A DNA stretch of 64,000 nt, from NCBI GenBank assembly GCA_964187785.1, contig OZ076409.1, positions 67,518,001-67,582,000 of the forward strand, in the 5' to 3' direction. Each line of letters starts with the position of its first letter. Position 1 is the stretch's first letter. Shown here piece by piece: positions 61,601 to 64,000 of the stretch. The notes below the pieces were generated by a model, which had not been told where the DNA came from, did not search any database, and saw only the letters and a program-made list of their open reading frames with translations. The stretch is from Amphiscolops sp. MND2022 (lineage: Eukaryota). The position numbers were made by a program, and so were the translations under genes.

Positions 61601-62803
61601 CGCATCTGTTTTAAGTTTTACCTTGAAAGGATAATTTTTTTTAAAAAAAAACGGGTTATTAGGTGCGGAAATTCATCTCAAACTACCTATCTCTATGTCG
61701 TCCAAATTTTCAATACCTATTTTAGCTGATTGACGGTCACGATATTAAAGATCTGAACGTTCGCGGATTGCGTCATCAAATTTCTGTCGTCAGTCAAGAA
61801 CCTTGTTTGTTCGACACCTCAATTCTAGACAACATTCGGTATGGGGCACTGTGCAACGACGGAAACTATGATCTCAAAGTCAAAGAAGATGATGTGATGG
61901 ACGCTGTCAAGAAAGCATTTGTGGATGAGTTCGCGCCAAAAATGCCCCATGGGTATGACACCAGAGTAGGTGAAAGGGGAGCTCAATTGTCTGGGGGGCA
62001 GAAACAGAGAGTAGCCATTGCCAGAGCCTTGGTGCGAGACCCCAAGATTCTCATTTTAGATGAAGCCACGTCTGCTTTGGATTCAGAGAATGAAAAAGTT
62101 GGTTTTATGAGCGCTGAATTGTCGCTGAAGTTCATTCTCATTGAAATTTTCCTGGCTTGGCTTAATGATAATTAGAAACAAGAATTAAATTTTCTGAAAA
62201 CACCTGAAAACCAAACCCATGTTTTATATTAAAATGAATAAACGAGACCTCAGTCCGGTCTTTTTCCATCCATCCTTTAAATTGTTTGGTAACTTGCTTA
62301 AAAGATTGAAAACTTTTTAACCCTTAAATGGTATCAGTTTTTACTCAATTAGAAAGCAAATATTGTTAGCTGTTCAAACTGTGTTCCTGCGCATAGTGAT
62401 CACCGATAGACCTATTACAAGAGCAAAATGAAAAACTGAACTTGTTCACAAAAAAGTGAACTTGTCAATATCATATCTGAGTATTCACTTTGAAATAATT
62501 TGCTTTTCATAAACCTGTCGTCTAGAAACCAGTGTTTTATTTGAAACTTTGAAAAATTCAATTTTTCAGTCATTACATACACAAAACCAATTTTAGATGA
62601 TCCAAGATGCACTGGAGTTGGCGAGCCACGACAGGACGTGTCTGATGATTGCGCACAGACTGTCCACAGTGCAGAGGGCTGACGTCATCGTGGTTATGGA
62701 GCATGGGAGGATAGTGCAGCAAGGCACCCACGACCAGTTGCTCAACGACCAGAACGGCCTCTACTACAAACTGTGCCAGGGACAGAGTTTCCGATCTCCA
62801 TGA
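13580..62803 (+). CDS. ABCB1: ABCB1/MDR1 (P-glycoprotein)-like full ABC transporter, 23 coding exons, ~1310 aa
   Basis: Exons 13580-13674,16935-17013,18793-19024,19372-19469,20033-20166,32999-33170,33919-34043,34845-34986,35777-35920,38575-38685,44709-44834,45147-45350,46380-46550,46703-46883,47319-47434,47558-47701,48375-48554,57734-58021,58246-58346,58620-58763,60028-60394,61726-62097,62597-62803 join in consistent phase (3933 nt). TMD-NBD-TMD-NBD layout. Both NBDs have Walker A (GPSGSGKST / GPSGAGKST), Q-loop SQEP, signature LSGGQKQR, Walker B DEATSALD and H-loop AHRLST. Exact orthology within ABCB is not established. Confidence 0.9.
16291..16794 (+). other. Isolated 167-aa ORF in intron 1, possible decayed TE ORF1/gag-like fragment
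   Basis: Helical/coiled-coil-like segment ([10 protein letters not shown]...[13 protein letters not shown]); no diagnostic catalytic motif; not in the ABCB exon chain. Confidence 0.3.
16935..17013 (+). CDS. ABCB1: ABCB1-like exon 2 (...[11 protein letters not shown])
   Basis: TACAG acceptor, GTAAGT donor; joins to give [12 protein letters not shown], resembling the P-gp elbow helix. Confidence 0.75.
18793..19024 (+). CDS. ABCB1: ABCB1-like exon 3 (TM1 and S/T/P-rich extracellular loop 1)
   Basis: [27 protein letters not shown]; TTTCAG acceptor, GTTAGA donor in phase 1. Confidence 0.85.
19372..19469 (+). CDS. ABCB1: ABCB1-like exon 4 (TM2)
   Basis: [15 protein letters not shown]; AG/GT boundaries, phases fit. 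Confidence 0.85.
20033..20166 (+). CDS. ABCB1: ABCB1-like exon 5 (ICL1)
   Basis: [19 protein letters not shown] motif; TTGCAG acceptor, GTTAAC donor in phase 2. Confidence 0.9.
20699..26637 (+). mobile_element. Ty3/gypsy (Mag-like) LTR retrotransposon Y nested in X
   Basis: 219-bp LTRs at 20699-20917 and 26419-26637 (2 mismatches); TSD GGTGC; PBS TGGCACAGTCAGC; PPT GGAGGAGGGAA. Confidence 0.97.
20946..26290 (+). pseudogene. Element Y gag-pol with two frameshifts and one nonsense codon
   Basis: ORFs 20946-22172, 22222-24741, 24751-25020, 24947-26290; DTGS protease, WLDD RT, TDAC/TDH RNaseH, DDE integrase; TGG to TGA at 24739-24741. Confidence 0.92.
26652..29644 (-). pseudogene. Element X RT-RNaseH-integrase, frameshifted
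   Basis: [20 protein letters not shown]-like; H..H/C..C zinc finger, LDFAGP, RTDPG, ERLIRT DDE core in ORF fragments. Confidence 0.9.
29784..31181 (-). CDS. Element X gag-protease ORF (465 aa)
   Basis: Double zinc knuckle CYRC...[13 protein letters not shown]; protease IIDTGSP. Confidence 0.85.
   Translation of the reverse strand: MALRAENPSASFSSSSHLAGLPVFWSDATTNPTMEWDKWFDLFQVAMMAKYSISISELTRETTQQNPRVRTLLGDLDEDPANKKAISILYLSLGDAARKQFMDKYPHKALWDLKALELINLCIDCFRKKRNRALDRHRFFSRLQQPGETLFQLWHAINGLAALCDLGEITSTLVLDMFILHMNNKKVQEKLCTEPKEPDQALEFAIAFEEGVKRQKAYGTQAPEPTKSVVKSEPVYAVDKTNPRECYRCGAANFTMEHVNFCMATNHRCKLCKIVGHVEKCCNKKFPQRQKEMMQRLKNRDNEKSMRRVNYIEESDEESEEDDEEQLVLRVDCDGCKPFYMEGTLCGNYFKAIIDTGSPVSIFTKRDLQKIVGERKVVIRDMIEGERYIDYNKKPLELLGYQFVRLEVAGVTESKARVLVAPNSGKSIVGRDWLVALRYKITQPIERGECKINKQIVNLKNQSVR
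31681..32290 (-). repeat. Second copy of the same dispersed repeat, with internal tandem modules and a GC-rich hairpin
   Basis: GTTTTTAGTCGG terminus; repeated AAGGGTCCCCCTTTCA modules; hairpin at 32127-32163. Confidence 0.6.
32999..33170 (+). CDS. ABCB1: ABCB1-like exon 6 (TM3-TM4)
   Basis: [15 protein letters not shown]...[17 protein letters not shown]; phase 2 start matches exon 5. Confidence 0.9.
33919..34043 (+). CDS. ABCB1: ABCB1-like exon 7 (ICL2)
   Basis: [25 protein letters not shown]; CTTCAG acceptor, GTGAGT donor. Confidence 0.9.
34845..34986 (+). CDS. ABCB1: ABCB1-like exon 8 (TM5)
   Basis: YNSKL...[19 protein letters not shown]; best-fitting donor is non-canonical GAG|GCATGA. 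Confidence 0.8.
35601..35742. mobile_element. 142-bp MITE (Tc1/mariner-pogo type)
   Basis: TA|CCGTATTTCTTCGAATA ... TATTCGTAGAAATACGG|TA inverted termini with one mismatch. Confidence 0.8.
35777..35920 (+). CDS. ABCB1: ABCB1-like exon 9 (TM6)
   Basis: [25 protein letters not shown]; AATAG acceptor, GTTAGT donor. Confidence 0.85.
37370..37830 (+). mobile_element. Decayed 3' fragment of a CRE-like (RLE-type) non-LTR retrotransposon
   Basis: [10 protein letters not shown]...[13 protein letters not shown]...[15 protein letters not shown] and [13 protein letters not shown] resemble recalled GASSWL/EFRDALxLRYG/EKKRxYxxRI/WxRxxLSFALL motifs; spread over frames. Confidence 0.5.
38575..38685 (+). 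CDS. ABCB1: ABCB1-like exon 10 (start of NBD1)
   Basis: [10 protein letters not shown]...[16 protein letters not shown]; TTTAG acceptor, GTGACT donor. Confidence 0.9.
38858..44703 (+). mobile_element. Ty3/gypsy (Mag-like) LTR retrotransposon Z in ABCB intron 10, very recent
   Basis: 191-bp LTRs at 38858-39048 and 44513-44703, identical by eye; TSD CCTAG; PBS TGGCGCAGTC (tRNA-Ser-like); PPT GAGGAGGGGGGAG. Confidence 0.98.
39087..44375 (+). CDS. Element Z single-frame gag-pol polyprotein interrupted by one TGA (42702-42704)
   Basis: ORFs 39087-42704 and 42768-44375 share one frame; knuckles, DTGS, WLDD, RNaseH, HHCC and DDE all present. Confidence 0.92.
44709..44834 (+). CDS. ABCB1: ABCB1-like exon 11 (NBD1 Walker A)
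   Basis: [25 protein letters not shown]; acceptor AG lies in the TSD of element Z. Confidence 0.92.
45147..45350 (+). CDS. ABCB1: ABCB1-like exon 12 (NBD1 Q-loop)
   Basis: [27 protein letters not shown]. Confidence 0.95.
46380..46550 (+). CDS. ABCB1: ABCB1-like exon 13 (NBD1 signature and Walker B)
   Basis: [32 protein letters not shown]. Confidence 0.95.
46703..46883 (+). CDS. ABCB1: ABCB1-like exon 14 (NBD1 H-loop)
   Basis: [18 protein letters not shown]. Confidence 0.92.
47319..47434 (+). CDS. ABCB1: ABCB1-like exon 15 (acidic linker)
   Basis: E/K-rich linker; phase 1 start matches exon 14; GTAAGA donor. Confidence 0.75.
47558..47701 (+). CDS. ABCB1: ABCB1-like exon 16 (TM7)
   Basis: [22 protein letters not shown]; AG/GT boundaries. 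Confidence 0.9.
48087..48215. mobile_element. Short MITE of the AGATCTTG repeat family
   Basis: CCCTGGTTGAAAA ... TTTTCAACTAGGA imperfect TIRs; internal CTTGCAAGATCTTG motifs. Confidence 0.6.
48375..48554 (+). CDS. ABCB1: ABCB1-like exon 17 (TM8)
   Basis: [22 protein letters not shown]. Confidence 0.9.
48969..50250. mobile_element. Non-autonomous Tc1/mariner-like DNA element
   Basis: TA|CAGTGCACAGGCAAGC ... GCTTGCCTGTGCACTC|TA terminal inverted repeats with TA flanks; no transposase ORF. Confidence 0.75.
49205..49850 (+). repeat. ~230-bp tandem repeat, ~2.8 copies
   Basis: Anchor TGACACGAAAAGTCCC at 49242, 49472 and 49703. Confidence 0.92.
50399..56545 (+). mobile_element. Ty3/gypsy (Mag-like) LTR retrotransposon W in ABCB intron 17, heavily decayed
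   Basis: LTRs at 50399-50620 and 56326-56545 (roughly 14 substitutions plus indels); TSD AACCT; PBS TGGCGCAGTCAGC; PPT AGAGTGGGGAA; fragmented gag, WLDD RT, TDAS RNaseH and integrase ORFs. Confidence 0.95.
57734..58021 (+). CDS. ABCB1: ABCB1-like exon 18 (ICL3, TM9-TM10)
   Basis: [22 protein letters not shown]...[12 protein letters not shown]. Confidence 0.92.
58246..58346 (+). CDS. ABCB1: ABCB1-like exon 19 (ICL4)
   Basis: [18 protein letters not shown]. Confidence 0.9.
58620..58763 (+). CDS. ABCB1: ABCB1-like exon 20 (TM11)
   Basis: [27 protein letters not shown]. Confidence 0.9.
60028..60394 (+). CDS. ABCB1: ABCB1-like exon 21 (TM12 and NBD2 Walker A)
   Basis: [10 protein letters not shown]...[14 protein letters not shown]...[20 protein letters not shown]. 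Confidence 0.95.
60641..61166. mobile_element. Foldback/Mutator-like non-autonomous element with modular TIRs
   Basis: ~8 copies of GCGACAATTCGTCCCA on the left, ~6 inverted copies on the right; flanked by 9-bp direct repeat CTTCTAGGT (60632-60640, 61167-61175). Confidence 0.75.
61726..62097 (+). CDS. ABCB1: ABCB1-like exon 22 (NBD2 Q-loop, signature, Walker B)
   Basis: SQEPCLF...[32 protein letters not shown]. Confidence 0.95.
62597..62803 (+). CDS. ABCB1: ABCB1-like exon 23 (NBD2 H-loop, stop)
   Basis: [18 protein letters not shown]...[11 protein letters not shown] at 62801-62803. Confidence 0.92.
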   Translation: MIQDALELASHDRTCLMIAHRLSTVQRADVIVVMEHGRIVQQGTHDQLLNDQNGLYYKLCQGQSFRSP

Positions 62804-63553
62804 CACCTAATTTTTTACGTTTTTCAAATGTCTAAACGCTTCCTTGAAATATGAAACTGAGTAACTTGACATCCTTTTATGTTTCTTCATGTTCCTTCAT
62901 GTGAAAATGTGTGAAAAACGCATCCTTTCTTCTTTCCTGTTTTAAAACAAACACATATTTAAGATGGATGAGAATTTTACTAAATTCAAATTATAAGTAT
63001 ATTTCCATCTTTTTTGTTTCAAGGAAAACGCCAAATTGTAGGTAAACAACCAATCACTATCACTCGCTTTGTTAAGCATGCATGCGGAGAGTTGACTAAA
63101 ATTTTTCCAGTTTTCGAGCAATATCCGTATCTTCCAAATGTGTTTCAGTTGGATTTGTGAAATAAATATTAGCGGACAGGACCGCACTTTGGATTCAATA
63201 ATTTGCTACAAAAGTTTCATTTTTGTCATCGCTTGCCTTGGATGCTTCATAAATGATGGGCTGAACGTAGTAACTGGGTTTGATGACCTTCTGTTTAGAG
63301 AAAAAATTAAAAAGTTCTCAAAAATGGAATCCGTCGAAGAATCTTTGTAACCTCTTGGAGGTAACACATTTGTTCGAATGTCGTTCGAGGTCCATACAAA
63401 CCTTCGAAAGTCCTCCAAAGAAAAATTCTTCTCTTGTCTTCAAATTAAGAATTCAATTCTAAATACTGATATGAAAACAGTTGAATAATTTGCGTCTACT
63501 AAACATTTCAGAAAATGAAAAACCGAGTTGCAAACAACCAAATTCTTCAAGTT

Positions 63554-63618
63554 GTGGTACGAAAACCAGCTTTACTCAGGAATACCTTACTCCTGAGTAA
63601 AGCTGGGTTTCGTACCAC
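63554..63618. other. Long hairpin / inverted repeat (28-bp arms, 9-nt loop)
   Basis: GTGGTACGAAAACCAGCTTTACTCAGGA-ATACCTTAC-TCCTGAGTAAAGCTGGGTTTCGTACCAC, one mismatch. Confidence 0.85.
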
Positions 63619-64000
63619 TGAATACTTCAAGTAGATCAAGGCCAAAAACTTGAAACAACCGTCAACAAGACTAAGCCATGGAATAAAATGGATAATTCTG
63701 ACATTTCAACCCAATAAATGAGTCATGGATCTTCATGCTCAGATGATGCAATGATCAAAAACCGTGTTTTTAACGAGTAATACCGTTTGAGCGAAACTGA
63801 AATGCTTGTTCGATTTTCCGGGAAGAAGTAATGATGGCAAAGAAATGAAATCACAAAACACGGTTCATTATTTAAAAGGTAGTTCAAGTTGCTTACATTT
63901 GTGACCGATTGATTTTGAAGATCTTCCAAAACAAAATTCTATCAAAGTTATTTTTAGGCCTATGAATGATCTTTTTTGTTGAATTTTCTAGATGATTTAT

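Overview
AT-rich eukaryotic (invertebrate-like) genomic DNA. I reconstructed by hand a complete, apparently intact 23-exon ABCB1/P-glycoprotein-type full ABC transporter gene on the + strand (CDS 13580-62803, 3933 nt, 1310 aa, splice phases consistent, one inferred GC-AG intron). Four Ty3/gypsy LTR retrotransposons with clear LTR pairs, PBS, PPT and 5-bp TSDs occupy about 23 kb of its introns: X 20387-31375 (-), Y 20699-26637 (+, nested in X), Z 38858-44703 (+, LTRs identical by eye, inserted on a splice acceptor) and W 50399-56545 (+, decayed). Positions 1-~8190 hold a fifth, larger and unusual gypsy-like element A on the - strand, running off the window start. It has small hydrophobic ORFs and an unknown 248-aa domain upstream of gag, a possible dUTPase-like insert between PR and RT, and a 3565-bp internal tandem duplication. 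The rest contains several MITE/foldback-type non-autonomous DNA elements, a decayed non-LTR fragment and isolated hairpins. No rRNA, tRNA or CRISPR array was recognised. All alignments and family assignments were made by eye, with no database searches.
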